A stretch of DNA of 64,000 nucleotides, from positions 1 to 64,000 of the forward strand of contig JBGAON010000004.1 in the NCBI GenBank assembly GCA_044221725.1, given 5' to 3'. The position numbers and the translations under genes were made by a program. Shown here piece after piece: positions 27,374-38,034 of the stretch (position 1 is its first letter; every line of letters begins with the position of its first letter). The notes beneath the pieces were generated by a model. The model was not told where the DNA came from. It saw nothing but the letters and a program-made list of their open reading frames with translations, and did no database searches. The DNA is from Elusimicrobiota bacterium (lineage in GTDB: Bacteria; Elusimicrobiota; Elusimicrobia; F11).

Positions 27374-30300
27374 TCAAGCGAATAATTGAGTTTTCCGCTC
27401 ACCACAAGTACTTGATGATCCTGTTCACGGGCGTTGCGCTTGTGGGGGCTTGGTTTTCGTGGAAACGGATTCCGTTGGACGCAATTCCTGACTTGTCCGA
27501 CACGCAGGTCATCATTTATTCGCGGTGGGATAGAAGTCCGGACATTATTGAAGATCAAGTGACGTATCCGATTGTTACGTCGCTTCTTGGTGCACCGAAA
27601 GTGAAAGCGGTGCGCGGCTTTTCGGATTTTGGTTTCTCGTATGTGTACGTGATTTTTCAGGATGGCACCGATCTCTATTGGGCACGCAGCCGCGTGCTCG
27701 AATATTTATCGAAGATACAACCACGACTTCCGGAAGGCGTAAAGACCGAACTCGGACCCGACGCGACGGGCGTGGGCTGGGTATACCAGTACGCGCTCAT
27801 CGACAAAACCGGTAAGCATTCGCTCGCGGATTTGCGCAGCTTCCAAGACTGGACGCTGCGTTATTGGTTGCAATCGGTGCCGGGCGTGGCCGAAGTGGCG
27901 TCGATTGGCGGATTTCAAAAACAATATCAAGTGAACGTCGAACCAAACGCGCTCACTGCGTACAAAATTCCGATTTCGTCGGTCATCGACGCGATTCGCG
28001 AAGGCAACAACGATGTTGGCGGACGGCTCGTCGAATTCAACGGCACCGAATACATGGTGCGCGGACGTGGTTACGCGAAAACCGTCGAGGATTTGGAAAA
28101 CGTGGTTGTCGCGCGCAACAAATCAGGCACGCCGATTCTCGTGAAGAATGTCGCGCGCGTGGTGCTCGGTCCCGACATTCGGCGCGGCATTGCGGACCTG
28201 GACGGCGAAGGGGATACCGTGGGCGGCATCGTCGTCATGCGTCAAGGCGAGAACGCACTCAATGTCATCAACCGTGTAAAAGAAAAAATAAAAGAAGTAA
28301 CACCGGGGCTTCCCGAAGGCGTCCAAATAATTCCGGTGTACGACCGATCCGAACTCATCAAAGGCGCGATTCACACACTCACACACGAATTGGTTTTACA
28401 AATGATCATCGTGAGCCTCGTGATTCTTTTCTTTCTATGGCACATTCCCTCGGCGATCGTGCCGATCGTGACGATTCCGATCGCGGTGTTTCTATCGTTT
28501 ATTCCCATGTCGCTTCTCGGCGTGACATCGAACATTATGTCGCTTGCCGGCATCGCGATTTCGATCGGCGTGCTGGTCGACGGCGCTATTGTGGAAGTGG
28601 AGAATGCTTACAAACGCCTCGAAGAATGGAATTTGCGTGGACGCCCTGGCGATTTCCACGTGGTTCGGCTTGAAGCGCTTAAGGAAGTCGGGCCCAGCGT
28701 TTTCTTTTCGCTGCTTGTGATCGCGATTGCGTTCTTGCCGGTGTTCACGCTCGTCGATCAAGAAGGGCGTTTGTTTCGACCGCTCGCATTCACAAAAAAT
28801 CTCGCGATGGCGATCGCGGCGATCCTTGCGATCACGCTCGATCCGGCCGTGCGCATGCTGTTCACGCGCATGGACGACGTTCATTTCAAACCAAAATGGT
28901 TATCGAACATTGTGAATACGGTCACGGTCGGAAAATATTATCCGGAAGACGAACACCCGATCAGCAAACGTTTGTTCCGCGTTTACGAACCAGCCTGCCG
29001 ATTTGTGTTGCGCCATCGGAAAGGAACGCTCATCGCTGCGCTTGTGCTGATCCTTTCGACAATCCCAATTTATTTCAAACTCGGCTCCGAGTTTATGCCT
29101 CCCTTGTTCGAAGGCGATCTGCTGTACATGCCGACGACGCTTCCGGGAATTTCGGTGACCGAAGCCCAAAAACTGATGCAAACACAGGACAAAATATTAA
29201 AAACGTTTCCCGAAGTTGAGCGCGTGTTCGGAAAAGCGGGTCGCGCCGAAACCGCGACGGATCCGGCGCCGTTCTCAATGATGGAAACAACCGTGCTGCT
29301 CAAACCGCGCACCGCCTGGCGCAGCGGACTCACGAAAGAAAAATTAATCGATGAGATGGACGCGGCGCTGCGCTTGCCCGGCGTCACCAACGCGTGGACG
29401 ATGCCGATCAAAAATCGGCTCGACATGTTGTCGACGGGCATTCGCACGCCCGTCGGCGTGAAGGTCTTGGGCAGTGATCTCGCAATCATCGAGAAAATTG
29501 GCGTCGAGCTCGAAAGTGTTCTGCGCAATGTCAAAGGAACGCGCAGCGTGTTCGCCGAACGAGCGACCGGCGGTTACTTTCTCGATTTCGATATTCACCG
29601 CGAACAATTGGCGCGCTACGGCTTGCGCGTGAACGACGTACAAATGGTGATCATGTCCGCCATCGGCGGCGAAACCGTCACCACAACAATCGAGGGACGT
29701 GAGCGTTACACCGTGAGCGTGCGCTATCCACGCGAATTGCGCGACGATGTTCCATCGTTACGCCGAGTTCTTGTGCCAACACCGTCGGGCACGAACGTGC
29801 CCCTCGGTGAGCTCGCTGAGATACAACTGAAATCCGGGCCATCAATGATTCGCGACGAAGGCGGACTTTTGGCCGGTTATGTTTTCGTCGATGTGGACAG
29901 TTCCGACATCGGCGGATATGTGAATACGGCGAAAGAAGCCGTTGCTAAAAAACTGTCGTTGCCCTCGGGGTATTCGCTCGTGTGGAGCGGCCAATACGAA
30001 AACATGATTCGCGTGCGGCAGCGTTTAAAAGTGGTGGTTCCGCTCACGCTGTTTCTCATTTTCTTGCTGTTGTACATGAACACGTCGTCCATTACGAAAA
30101 CATCGATCGTTCTGCTCGCGGTGCCGTTCTCACTCATTGGCGCGGTTTGGTTTCTATACTTTCTCAACTACAACGTGTCGATTGGCGTATGGGTCGGCAT
30201 GATCGCGCTCATGGGATTGGACGCGGAGACCGGCGTGTTCATGTTGCTTTATCTTGATCTCGCCTACCACGCGGCCAAAGACAATGGTCAGCTAAAAACA

Positions 30301-30540
30301 AAAGAGGATCTCACCGAAGCGATCGTTCACGGTGCCGTGAAACGCGTGCGTCCGAAGCTTATGACAGTGGCCACCGCGCTCATTGGTCTGTTACCGATCA
30401 TGTGGTCAACAAGTCTTGGCGCCGACATGATGAAGCGAATAGCGGCGCCGATGATCGGCGGGCTCGTCACGAGTTTTATTTTGGAGCTTTTGATTTACCC
30501 GCCGCTGTACGCGATTTGGAAGGAGAAGAAATTGTTTTAA
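27370..30540 (+). CDS. cusA: CusA-family Cu/Ag RND efflux permease
   Basis: LDAIPDLSDTQVI, GPDATGVGWVYQY, GSEFMP..EGDLLYMP, KRVRPKLMT. Confidence 0.95.
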   Translation: MIKRIIEFSAHHKYLMILFTGVALVGAWFSWKRIPLDAIPDLSDTQVIIYSRWDRSPDIIEDQVTYPIVTSLLGAPKVKAVRGFSDFGFSYVYVIFQDGTDLYWARSRVLEYLSKIQPRLPEGVKTELGPDATGVGWVYQYALIDKTGKHSLADLRSFQDWTLRYWLQSVPGVAEVASIGGFQKQYQVNVEPNALTAYKIPISSVIDAIREGNNDVGGRLVEFNGTEYMVRGRGYAKTVEDLENVVVARNKSGTPILVKNVARVVLGPDIRRGIADLDGEGDTVGGIVVMRQGENALNVINRVKEKIKEVTPGLPEGVQIIPVYDRSELIKGAIHTLTHELVLQMIIVSLVILFFLWHIPSAIVPIVTIPIAVFLSFIPMSLLGVTSNIMSLAGIAISIGVLVDGAIVEVENAYKRLEEWNLRGRPGDFHVVRLEALKEVGPSVFFSLLVIAIAFLPVFTLVDQEGRLFRPLAFTKNLAMAIAAILAITLDPAVRMLFTRMDDVHFKPKWLSNIVNTVTVGKYYPEDEHPISKRLFRVYEPACRFVLRHRKGTLIAALVLILSTIPIYFKLGSEFMPPLFEGDLLYMPTTLPGISVTEAQKLMQTQDKILKTFPEVERVFGKAGRAETATDPAPFSMMETTVLLKPRTAWRSGLTKEKLIDEMDAALRLPGVTNAWTMPIKNRLDMLSTGIRTPVGVKVLGSDLAIIEKIGVELESVLRNVKGTRSVFAERATGGYFLDFDIHREQLARYGLRVNDVQMVIMSAIGGETVTTTIEGRERYTVSVRYPRELRDDVPSLRRVLVPTPSGTNVPLGELAEIQLKSGPSMIRDEGGLLAGYVFVDVDSSDIGGYVNTAKEAVAKKLSLPSGYSLVWSGQYENMIRVRQRLKVVVPLTLFLIFLLLYMNTSSITKTSIVLLAVPFSLIGAVWFLYFLNYNVSIGVWVGMIALMGLDAETGVFMLLYLDLAYHAAKDNGQLKTKEDLTEAIVHGAVKRVRPKLMTVATALIGLLPIMWSTSLGADMMKRIAAPMIGGLVTSFILELLIYPPLYAIWKEKKLF

Positions 30541-31837
30541 ACGCCACGAGCGCGTCCGCACGGGCGACCGCGTGATCGACGATGGGTTTCGGGTACTCCG
30601 ACGTTTTTCGAGACGGAACCCAGCGATCAAGGTATTCTTCCTGCGAGTCAAATTTCTCCGCTTGTGCGGTTGGATTAAACACTCGGAAATAGGGTGCTGC
30701 ATCCGCACCGCATCCGGCACTCCATTGCCAGCCAAGCGTGTTGTTTGCGAGATCAGCGTCCACGAGCGTATCCCAAAACCAGCGCGCGCCTTCGAGCCAC
30801 GAAATGCGTAAATCCTTCACAAGAAAACTCGCCACAATCATGCGAACGCGATTGTGCATCCAACCTGTCTGCCACAATTCGCGCATACCGGCATCCACGA
30901 TCGGAAAACCGGTTTGACCTTTTTGCCATGCGCGCAACGCGCGCGCGTCTTTTTTCCATGGAAATTTTTCGAACGCGGGGCGGAGCGGGCGCTCCGCGGT
31001 CTGGGGAAAATGGAACAACAGGTGATGCGCAAACTCGCGCCAACCCATTTCGCGAAGGAAGCCCGAATGCCGTTCGGCAGCGTGCCACGCTTCGCGCGGA
31101 CTTATTTCTCCAAAGTGAAGGTGCGGCGACAAGCGCGAAGTTCCGTTCGTGGCGGGGAAATCGCGCGCTGTTTCATATTTCGATGCCCGCATAAGAAACG
31201 ACGCCAGGGCTTTCTTCGCGCCTGCTTCGCCGGGATTCCACTCTTTATAAAAACCTTTGTCCCACGAAATGTTTGGAAGAAGCCCGAGATCGGCAATCGC
31301 CTCGCTCGTTGGCCAATCGTTCGGAGCGGGCATGGAGCGTGGCGCCTGCAGGGGGCGACGTGGCGGTGGCATCGAGGTGCAGGCGCGCCAGTAAGGCGTG
31401 AACACTTGATAGGGTTTTCCGTCGGATGTTTTTACGGTCCACGGCTCATTCAAAAGCGCGCCGTTAAAGCTTTCCACGGTGATTCGTTTTGCGGTGAGCA
31501 CGCTTTCGATTGCGCCGTCGCGCTCAACCACGCGCGGTTCGTAACGCCGGTTCCATAGGACGCGCGTGGCACCCGTTTCTTTGACGAGGCGCTCGAGCGT
31601 TCCCAGCGAGGACCCTTTGCGAACAATGAGCCGCGATCCGATTGCCGCCAAATCTTTTGACAGGGCGTTCAGCGAATGATGCAACCACCAACGGGATGCC
31701 GCACCGGGCGACCACAGATGTTCTTCATCGGGTGCCCAAATGAAAACGGGCACCACCGGTTCGTCCGTCGCGACCGCGGCGGCCAGCGCCGGATTGTCAG
31801 CGAGACGGAGATCGTTTCGAAACCAGACGAGGTTCAA
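30476..31837 (-). CDS. phrB: Deoxyribodipyrimidine (CPD class I) photolyase
   Basis: WFRNDLRLADN, TSRLSPHLHFGEIS, GWMHNRVRM, GWQW, DAAPYFRVFNP. Confidence 0.95.
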   Translation of the reverse strand: MNLVWFRNDLRLADNPALAAAVATDEPVVPVFIWAPDEEHLWSPGAASRWWLHHSLNALSKDLAAIGSRLIVRKGSSLGTLERLVKETGATRVLWNRRYEPRVVERDGAIESVLTAKRITVESFNGALLNEPWTVKTSDGKPYQVFTPYWRACTSMPPPRRPLQAPRSMPAPNDWPTSEAIADLGLLPNISWDKGFYKEWNPGEAGAKKALASFLMRASKYETARDFPATNGTSRLSPHLHFGEISPREAWHAAERHSGFLREMGWREFAHHLLFHFPQTAERPLRPAFEKFPWKKDARALRAWQKGQTGFPIVDAGMRELWQTGWMHNRVRMIVASFLVKDLRISWLEGARWFWDTLVDADLANNTLGWQWSAGCGADAAPYFRVFNPTAQAEKFDSQEEYLDRWVPSRKTSEYPKPIVDHAVARADALVAFKTISSPSKSRTAAGKSKAPK

Positions 31838-32403
31838 AACTCGACTTTCGGAACCTCTTTCGCCGCGGCCGGCGCTTCGAAGTACTCATCGCGCGGCGCA
31901 AAACCAAAGATGCGGGCCGAGATATTGCTCGGGAATCGTCGCACGAGAACATTGTAGGTGCGAATCGCATCGTTGTACCGCATGCGTTCCACCGCGATGC
32001 GATTTTCGGTGCCGGCCAGCTCGTCTTGGAGCGCCATAAAGTTTTGATTCGATTTCAGCTCGGGATAACGTTCAACGACGACCAGCAGTCGCGATAACGC
32101 GCTGTCCAAGTTCTGATTTGCCGAAATCTTTTCCGGCACAGTGCGGGCGCCACCCAACTTCGCACGCGCTTCGGCGACTTGTGTAAAAATTTCTTTCTCT
32201 TGTTTCGCGTAACCTTTGACCGCGTTCACGAGATTTGGAATCAAATCCGCGCGGCGCTGCATCATGTTCTCGACCTGCGACCAGCTGGCACTGATATTTT
32301 CCTGTGCTTGCACCATTTGATTGCGGGGCCCTATTATTACACCGCCCACCACGATGATCCCCAAAACAACAATTCCCAAAAAGATGAGCCATCCTTTCTT
32401 CAT
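31834..32403 (-). CDS. lemA: LemA-family protein
   Basis: QRRADLIPNLV, ERYPELK, GTENRIAVER.RYN. Confidence 0.95.
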   Translation of the reverse strand: MKKGWLIFLGIVVLGIIVVGGVIIGPRNQMVQAQENISASWSQVENMMQRRADLIPNLVNAVKGYAKQEKEIFTQVAEARAKLGGARTVPEKISANQNLDSALSRLLVVVERYPELKSNQNFMALQDELAGTENRIAVERMRYNDAIRTYNVLVRRFPSNISARIFGFAPRDEYFEAPAAAKEVPKVEF

Positions 32404-32414
32404 TATTCCCTCCG

Positions 32415-33128
32415 TTAATTTGTTACCGAAAACTTATCAATCGCCTCCGCGAGCGCTTCGATCATGCCCATGTAGCGACCGAAAAGGTCGAACGTTTGCT
32501 CGGCGCTTGCTCTTCTTCGTTTTGTACGCAGATCGTGGATGTAATCTATCACAGTCGCATCAATTGGTACATGCGCCGCCAGCGCCGCCCAAACGGCCCG
32601 CTTCTGCGTTGGAACGTTTTGTCCGAGCAGCCGCAGACACGTTTTCGCGAGCACCGAAAAGCTTGAGTACGAACGCATCATGATGTTTTCGAGCTCCGCC
32701 GCCTTTCGAACGGATTCAAAGAAACTTTTTCGCAAAAGCAGAATTTTCGACCGCAGTTCAAATTCAAGTTGATGACGCAACGCGCGCGCGTCAATTTGCA
32801 ACCCAGCGAAGATATCATCGCCAAAAATAACGCGGCGCTGCGCTTGAATATCCGAAAACTCAATGGCGAACACATCCTGCGTGTCGCGCAGCTCGGAGAC
32901 CGACATAACAAGCGGAGGCGTTTTATGCTGGTCACTCCAACGTTCCACGACTGGGGCGATTTTTTTCAGCGCTTGCATTTCCGTCGACTTTAGAACCACG
33001 AGCACATTCGTGTCCGAAAAATGATTGTGCGTATCATCCGAGACCGCCGATCCGTACAGAACAACGCTCGCAATATTGTCTTTGTCCATTTGAAGCAAGT
33101 CGTCTTTGAATTTTTCGATCGAATACAT
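32415..33128 (-). CDS. Nucleotidyltransferase-fold protein
   Basis: VVLYGSA...SDTNVLVVL, DVFAIEFSDI, LRHQLEFELR. Confidence 0.75.
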   Translation of the reverse strand: MYSIEKFKDDLLQMDKDNIASVVLYGSAVSDDTHNHFSDTNVLVVLKSTEMQALKKIAPVVERWSDQHKTPPLVMSVSELRDTQDVFAIEFSDIQAQRRVIFGDDIFAGLQIDARALRHQLEFELRSKILLLRKSFFESVRKAAELENIMMRSYSSFSVLAKTCLRLLGQNVPTQKRAVWAALAAHVPIDATVIDYIHDLRTKRRRASAEQTFDLFGRYMGMIEALAEAIDKFSVTN

Positions 33129-33146
33129 TTCTATCTCCTTCTCTGA

Positions 33147-33905
33147 TCACCAGCCACGCGACGCGCCACCGCCGCCCGACATGCCGCCGCCAAACCCACC
33201 AAAACCGCCACCCCCAAAACCGCCGCCACCCCAGCCTCCGCCGCCGCCCCGCGGCCCCATAAAAAAGAACAACCAGGGATTTCGCAGTACAAAAAATACG
33301 ATGACGAGAATGACCAAAAAGACAAGCAGCGCTTGGAAAGCCGAGAGATGCACGGGCTGAGCGCGTCGAATATCGATCGGAATACCCGAGAGCGAAACAT
33401 TGGCATCGACGGCAATCGTTGACGCAATAGCGAAACTTCCGCGCATAATGCCGTTCGGAAAATCGCCCGTCCGGAAATACGGAATGACATGGTCATCCAG
33501 CAAGCGACCGGTGCGCGCGTCCGACAGCACGGGCTCAAGCCCATATCCCACTTCAATGCGCGTGCGTCGATCGTTCGGAGCAATGAGAAAAAGAACGCCG
33601 TTGTTCTTGTCTTTTTCGCCGATCCCCCATTCTTTGAACAATCGAACAGCGTAATCGCTGACATCCATACCACCCAGACTTTCGACCGTCACGACAGCGA
33701 GCTCGGCCGAGGTTTTCTGTTTCAGTTCGATGCAGACGTTTTCAATTCGCTGACGCGCGGAAGCGTCAAGGATGTTCGCTTGATCGGTGACATAACGCGT
33801 GGGTTTTGGCGGGAATGCGGCGTGTACCGAACAAAAAGAAGCGATCAGTACAAAAAGGGGGAAACCCCTATTCGACGGGCGCGAGACGGAGAACGGCCAG
33901 GACAA
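33147..33905 (-). CDS. TPM-domain protein (YgcG-like) with a Gly-rich tail
   Basis: WGIGEKDKNNGVL, RIEVGYGLE, GGFGGGMSGGGGASRGW; start uncertain. Confidence 0.9.
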   Translation of the reverse strand: MSWPFSVSRPSNRGFPLFVLIASFCSVHAAFPPKPTRYVTDQANILDASARQRIENVCIELKQKTSAELAVVTVESLGGMDVSDYAVRLFKEWGIGEKDKNNGVLFLIAPNDRRTRIEVGYGLEPVLSDARTGRLLDDHVIPYFRTGDFPNGIMRGSFAIASTIAVDANVSLSGIPIDIRRAQPVHLSAFQALLVFLVILVIVFFVLRNPWLFFFMGPRGGGGGWGGGGFGGGGFGGFGGGMSGGGGASRGW

Positions 33906-35478
33906 TTTCGGCTTGCACGAACGGATTCTGTTCCGTTCCGAGCCGCGAGAGCACGAGCGAGTAATCATCTTCGGTGCCATAGCGGCCAAGATACCAAAAC
34001 GCCATCGCGCGCGTCGGCCAATCGGGATCGCTTAAACGATTGATGAGCGACTGTCGCGCCGATTGGTTATCAAACTTCGCAAGCACTTGCAGCGCATAGA
34101 CTTGGAGCGCCGAACACGGATCGTTGCCGGCCGTCGCGAACAGATTCGGAATTTCCTGACGAAAACGGCCGACCTCGATCGCTTCGAGCGTGCCCATGCG
34201 CGCGGTCACGTTTTTGTCGGTGAGCGCCGGTTCAATATATTGAAGATCGTCCTGATCTTTGCTGTAAGCGAGTGCGATAAGCGCGCTACCGCGCACGAGC
34301 GGATTTGTGTTATCGGACGCCAAGCGCTGCAACGTCGCGCGAAGAATTTGGTCGGTCGTTCCTGCGAGCGCTTCGATCACGAGATAGCTCAATTCGGAGT
34401 AGCGTGTTTTCAAAGCAAAGCCGGTCGGCGTCACCATCTGGTTGAGTTCCATAAGATACGGATCCTGCGCTTGCAACGAATCCAACGGTTGATCAAGCCG
34501 GTCGGTGATTAAACGGATCAGTTTCGTATTGATCTGCGCCGCCACTTGCAACGACGGCGGGATGCGCAACTGCGGCGGCACGATAATGAGAGGTTCAAGC
34601 TCGATGACCTTGTCTTTTCCGATCGTGTACGACACTTCGTCGTTTTGTTTCCAACCGGGCGATGACGGCGAATACGAAACTTTTTCGCCTTTCTTGGAAA
34701 TCAATTTGAGTTCGGCCAGACACAATTCGGCGATCACGAAATCGTTTTTGTCTTCGCGGTTGAGATAAGAATTGAGCTTTGTGTAATCGTCGGGTGCCGC
34801 GTAGTCACCCAAATAGCGCGCGGCCATCGCCCGCACCACCCAACTTTCGTGATCCAAATATTTCCACAGCACCGGAAGCCCGGATTGGTCGCCAAGGGAC
34901 AGCAACGCCTGGGCGGAATAAATCTGCATGAGCACCGACAGATCGCGATCCATCGACATTTTCAGCAACGAAATGGAATCGGGTTGATTCCAGATTTGCA
35001 GCGCTTCCACGGCCGCAAAACGAATTCCAACTTTGATATCGAGCAGCGCTTCTTTGAAATATTTTTTGTGCGCGGGGTCCAGCAACGTGGCGAGCGTGAT
35101 AATCGCTTCGGCGCGCACCTTTGGGTCACGCGTCCATTGCACCATTTCAATCATGCGACGCTTGAGTTCCGGATCGCGCGCAATCTTCAGCGCCTCCACG
35201 AGCGCCACGCCGAAGTCCAAGTAACGGATCTTTATCCGGTAACCAGCCGGGGTACCAAAGGTGACGATCTGCTTGAGCGACGTTGATTCGTAATCGTCCG
35301 GCGAAATTTTTGTGGTGTCCTGTTTATTAAGAAGATCGATGAGTGTTTGAACAACGCCGGTGAGATTGGGAGCAGCGTGCGATTTCTCGACGGTGGCCTG
35401 GCCGCCACAACCAATGAGAATCGCCGCAACAATCAAGCAGGGCAGGAATCGAAACCGAAAGGAAGGTTTGTGGCGCAT
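33868..35478 (-). CDS. HEAT-repeat lipoprotein
   Basis: Lipobox LIGC; repeated VRAEA / IRFAAVEAL / VRAMAARYLG / TRAMAFWYLG units. Confidence 0.85.
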   Translation of the reverse strand: MRHKPSFRFRFLPCLIVAAILIGCGGQATVEKSHAAPNLTGVVQTLIDLLNKQDTTKISPDDYESTSLKQIVTFGTPAGYRIKIRYLDFGVALVEALKIARDPELKRRMIEMVQWTRDPKVRAEAIITLATLLDPAHKKYFKEALLDIKVGIRFAAVEALQIWNQPDSISLLKMSMDRDLSVLMQIYSAQALLSLGDQSGLPVLWKYLDHESWVVRAMAARYLGDYAAPDDYTKLNSYLNREDKNDFVIAELCLAELKLISKKGEKVSYSPSSPGWKQNDEVSYTIGKDKVIELEPLIIVPPQLRIPPSLQVAAQINTKLIRLITDRLDQPLDSLQAQDPYLMELNQMVTPTGFALKTRYSELSYLVIEALAGTTDQILRATLQRLASDNTNPLVRGSALIALAYSKDQDDLQYIEPALTDKNVTARMGTLEAIEVGRFRQEIPNLFATAGNDPCSALQVYALQVLAKFDNQSARQSLINRLSDPDWPTRAMAFWYLGRYGTEDDYSLVLSRLGTEQNPFVQAEIVLAVLRLAPVE

Positions 35479-35495
35479 GAATTTATTTTACTTTG

Positions 35496-36134
35496 TTAGA
35501 AAGGAATTTGTTGATTTGGTGTCGCCATCATCGACGGGCCGTCAAACAATTCGTTCGTCAGTGCTTCTTGGAAAGCAGCGTCGTTCCATTTGTCGTTCGC
35601 GAACATGATGATCGCCGCCTTTGGCTGAAGGAGGCTGACCGCTTGCGCCACGGTATTTTCGGTGGCACCTTGCGGCCGCGCGAACAATGCCGCATAGATC
35701 TCTTTTCCGTCGTCCCGGAGCGAGTAAACGAACTCACGCAAATTGTCGGGCTTGACCGTTTCCGCGGTGAACAGAATGTTTCGGCCGTTATCAAATTCGA
35801 GCAAAGTGGTTTTTCCGGTCGCTGTTACGAACAAGAAATCGCTACCGCTTTTGAGCATCGATCGCTTGTTCGTTTTCGCGCCGTTGATGGCCCACGAACC
35901 GTCGGCCTTTGCAATCGCGTTTAATATAAGGCTTTTGTAGCGAATGTCGAGCGAACCATTCGGAACAATCGTCAGCGAACCGAATGTGCGTTCGAATTGG
36001 GGAATCTTCACTGTCGGCGGAGTCGTCGGAGGTTGAACCGGCGGAAGCGTCATTTTCGTGGTCGGCGCGCACGCGCTTAACCACGCAAGCGCGGTCCACC
36101 AAAGAATCCGTGAGCGGCTAGATGCGCTAAACAA
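35496..36134 (-). CDS. Hypothetical lipoprotein, possibly a degenerate metallo-beta-lactamase fold
   Basis: Lipobox LSAC, Pro-rich linker; ILFTAET...YAALF...AVSLLQPKAAIIM; start uncertain. Confidence 0.6.
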   Translation of the reverse strand: MFSASSRSRILWWTALAWLSACAPTTKMTLPPVQPPTTPPTVKIPQFERTFGSLTIVPNGSLDIRYKSLILNAIAKADGSWAINGAKTNKRSMLKSGSDFLFVTATGKTTLLEFDNGRNILFTAETVKPDNLREFVYSLRDDGKEIYAALFARPQGATENTVAQAVSLLQPKAAIIMFANDKWNDAAFQEALTNELFDGPSMMATPNQQIPF

Positions 36135-36141
36135 TTGCTTT

Positions 36142-36510
36142 TTAATCCCCCTGTACGGCCTGAACGGACGCCATCGTTGCGGCGCCGAAATCACCACTGG
36201 GCAGCTGTTGCCCCATCGGATTTATAAGGTTTTTTGTTTGCGTGGATTGACTGGTCAAAGAACTCGGACCGGTCGCTTTGGTGGCCACTATTTTATCCCC
36301 GGCAGCGCCCTGAAGAATTAGAGGCGTCATTTGGCGACCCACTTGCGGGTCCTGAACATATCCTATGAACGGCATGTTGTTCCCCGCGGTTCCACCGCCG
36401 ACCGCCTGCGTATCTTCCCCTATTGGGGGAACGACCACGGCCCCCGCGTGCCGATGGCTCGCGACCATCACGGATGCGAAGATGAACATGAGCCCAATTA
36501 TTTTTTTCAT
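36142..36510 (-). CDS. Hypothetical small secreted protein
   Basis: SD GGAGG, signal peptide ending AGA-V; low-complexity mature part. Confidence 0.7.
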   Translation of the reverse strand: MKKIIGLMFIFASVMVASHRHAGAVVVPPIGEDTQAVGGGTAGNNMPFIGYVQDPQVGRQMTPLILQGAAGDKIVATKATGPSSLTSQSTQTKNLINPMGQQLPSGDFGAATMASVQAVQGD

Positions 36511-36537
36511 ACGTTCCTCCCAACTCTCTCGGTGATG

Positions 36538-38034
36538 CTAATTCAAATTTGGCGACGACACGACTTCGGACAACGAATGATAAATCTCAATCAAGCCCGG
36601 TAAATACGGCGGTGGATTTGTCTGAAGCGTCGTCATATATTCGTATTTCCGTGGAACCGGGAAAGGCACCACGGATGTGTTTTGAAACGAATCGGCCAAA
36701 TCCGGCGCTTTTCCCAATATCAAAGAACCGACAAAGTGAAGCTTCATCTCCGTCTGATGAGTTTTAACATTGGACACGATCGAGCCGTTCGGTGTCATGA
36801 TCAGCGCCTCGATACGGACTTCCCTTGGCGCCGGGCCGCCGGCCCAGACAGAATCTTCAATATAAACGTTCTTGTTCGGGCCCGGAATAAGCACCAGTTG
36901 ATGCGCGGTCGATGACGAGGCTTCCGCAGCCGTCGAACCAGCGCCCGGAATCGGATCGAGCGCGGGAGCGCTGATGATGTCGCCTGTGATGTGTATATGG
37001 TCTTTCGAAACGATGATGACTTGACCATGCACGGTTCCTTGCACATTCACCGGGCCGTTAAAGAAGTACACGTGATGCTGATTGATCGCGTCATGGCCGC
37101 CATAGGTGTCCAACGCTGCTTTGGCCCCAACATAGCCGGGCGGATAAATATTGTTTGTGAACGTGTTCGCCGCATTCGGCGTCAAATCGGGATCGGTGTG
37201 CGCCCCGGTCGCTAGACCTTCGTAATACACCATGTCCGACGACAAAACCTGTGGCAACAAGAGCGGCGCGCCCAATTTGGATGGAGCTTGGTCAATCCCG
37301 CCGTTGGTTACTGTAATCTCGGATTGGATAGCGAGTTTCGTGTCACCGCCGGTTGGCAACCAGTCGCAATTTCCGCCGCTGCAGTTCGCTACATCCACAT
37401 TGGGTCCGACGTTGTTATAAAAATCGGCATTTTTCACAACCGTCTGGCTAACAAGTCCATCGCCGGTGACGAGCAGGCTACCGGCCGGTGATAAGTTGTA
37501 CGTGTGGTTCGCGCTTCTCTGAAAAAAAAGACTCAATCCATAAACCCGCGCGCTCGACAAATCGACGCCGTGCGAGATGTATAAATTATCGTTTACGGCA
37601 GCGAAATAATCGCTGGCGTTGGATATTTGAATATAGCTGTGCAATCGCATTTTGTACGACTTCCCGCTGACAATACGTTCTCCTGTGCAAATCACGTAAT
37701 AGATTCCCGGAAAAGGAATATTGCGCTGCGAAATTTGGAGCGTGTACGTTCCTTCGTTTCCGACGGTTTGCACAGAATTATTCAAGCCGCCATTTCCCAA
37801 AGCCGCATCTTCCAGCGCTTTTTCAGGCGTCCGTGCAATGACGCCCAAACTCGCGCTCATGCCCATTTCCGCTAGTTGCAACGCTCGATCCATTTGCACG
37901 ATGTAATTATTTTGGCCCGCATAGGTTTTCTCGAATTGGGCCAACCCCAACATGAGAACCGCCAATGCCACCGCAATCACGAGCACGATGGCTTGAATGG
38001 ATCCCTGTGAGCTCGTGCAATTAACACGTTTCAC
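36538..38034 (-). CDS. PilX/GspK-like minor pilin-type protein
   Basis: QG|SIQAIVLVIAVAL (no Glu5), RALQLAEMG PilX-N pattern, C-terminal VQGTVHGQVIIVS..IHITGDI repeat. Confidence 0.7.
   Translation of the reverse strand: MKRVNCTSSQGSIQAIVLVIAVALAVLMLGLAQFEKTYAGQNNYIVQMDRALQLAEMGMSASLGVIARTPEKALEDAALGNGGLNNSVQTVGNEGTYTLQISQRNIPFPGIYYVICTGERIVSGKSYKMRLHSYIQISNASDYFAAVNDNLYISHGVDLSSARVYGLSLFFQRSANHTYNLSPAGSLLVTGDGLVSQTVVKNADFYNNVGPNVDVANCSGGNCDWLPTGGDTKLAIQSEITVTNGGIDQAPSKLGAPLLLPQVLSSDMVYYEGLATGAHTDPDLTPNAANTFTNNIYPPGYVGAKAALDTYGGHDAINQHHVYFFNGPVNVQGTVHGQVIIVSKDHIHITGDIISAPALDPIPGAGSTAAEASSSTAHQLVLIPGPNKNVYIEDSVWAGGPAPREVRIEALIMTPNGSIVSNVKTHQTEMKLHFVGSLILGKAPDLADSFQNTSVVPFPVPRKYEYMTTLQTNPPPYLPGLIEIYHSLSEVVSSPNLN

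Noticed and set aside
30476..30540. Convergent 3' overlaps (cusA/phrB; also permease/PilZ at 59019-59076)
   Set aside because: Non-conserved-looking C-terminal extensions; common in compact genomes.
33147..33260. GGC-rich repeat
   Set aside because: Normal Gly-rich tail of TPM/YgcG proteins.
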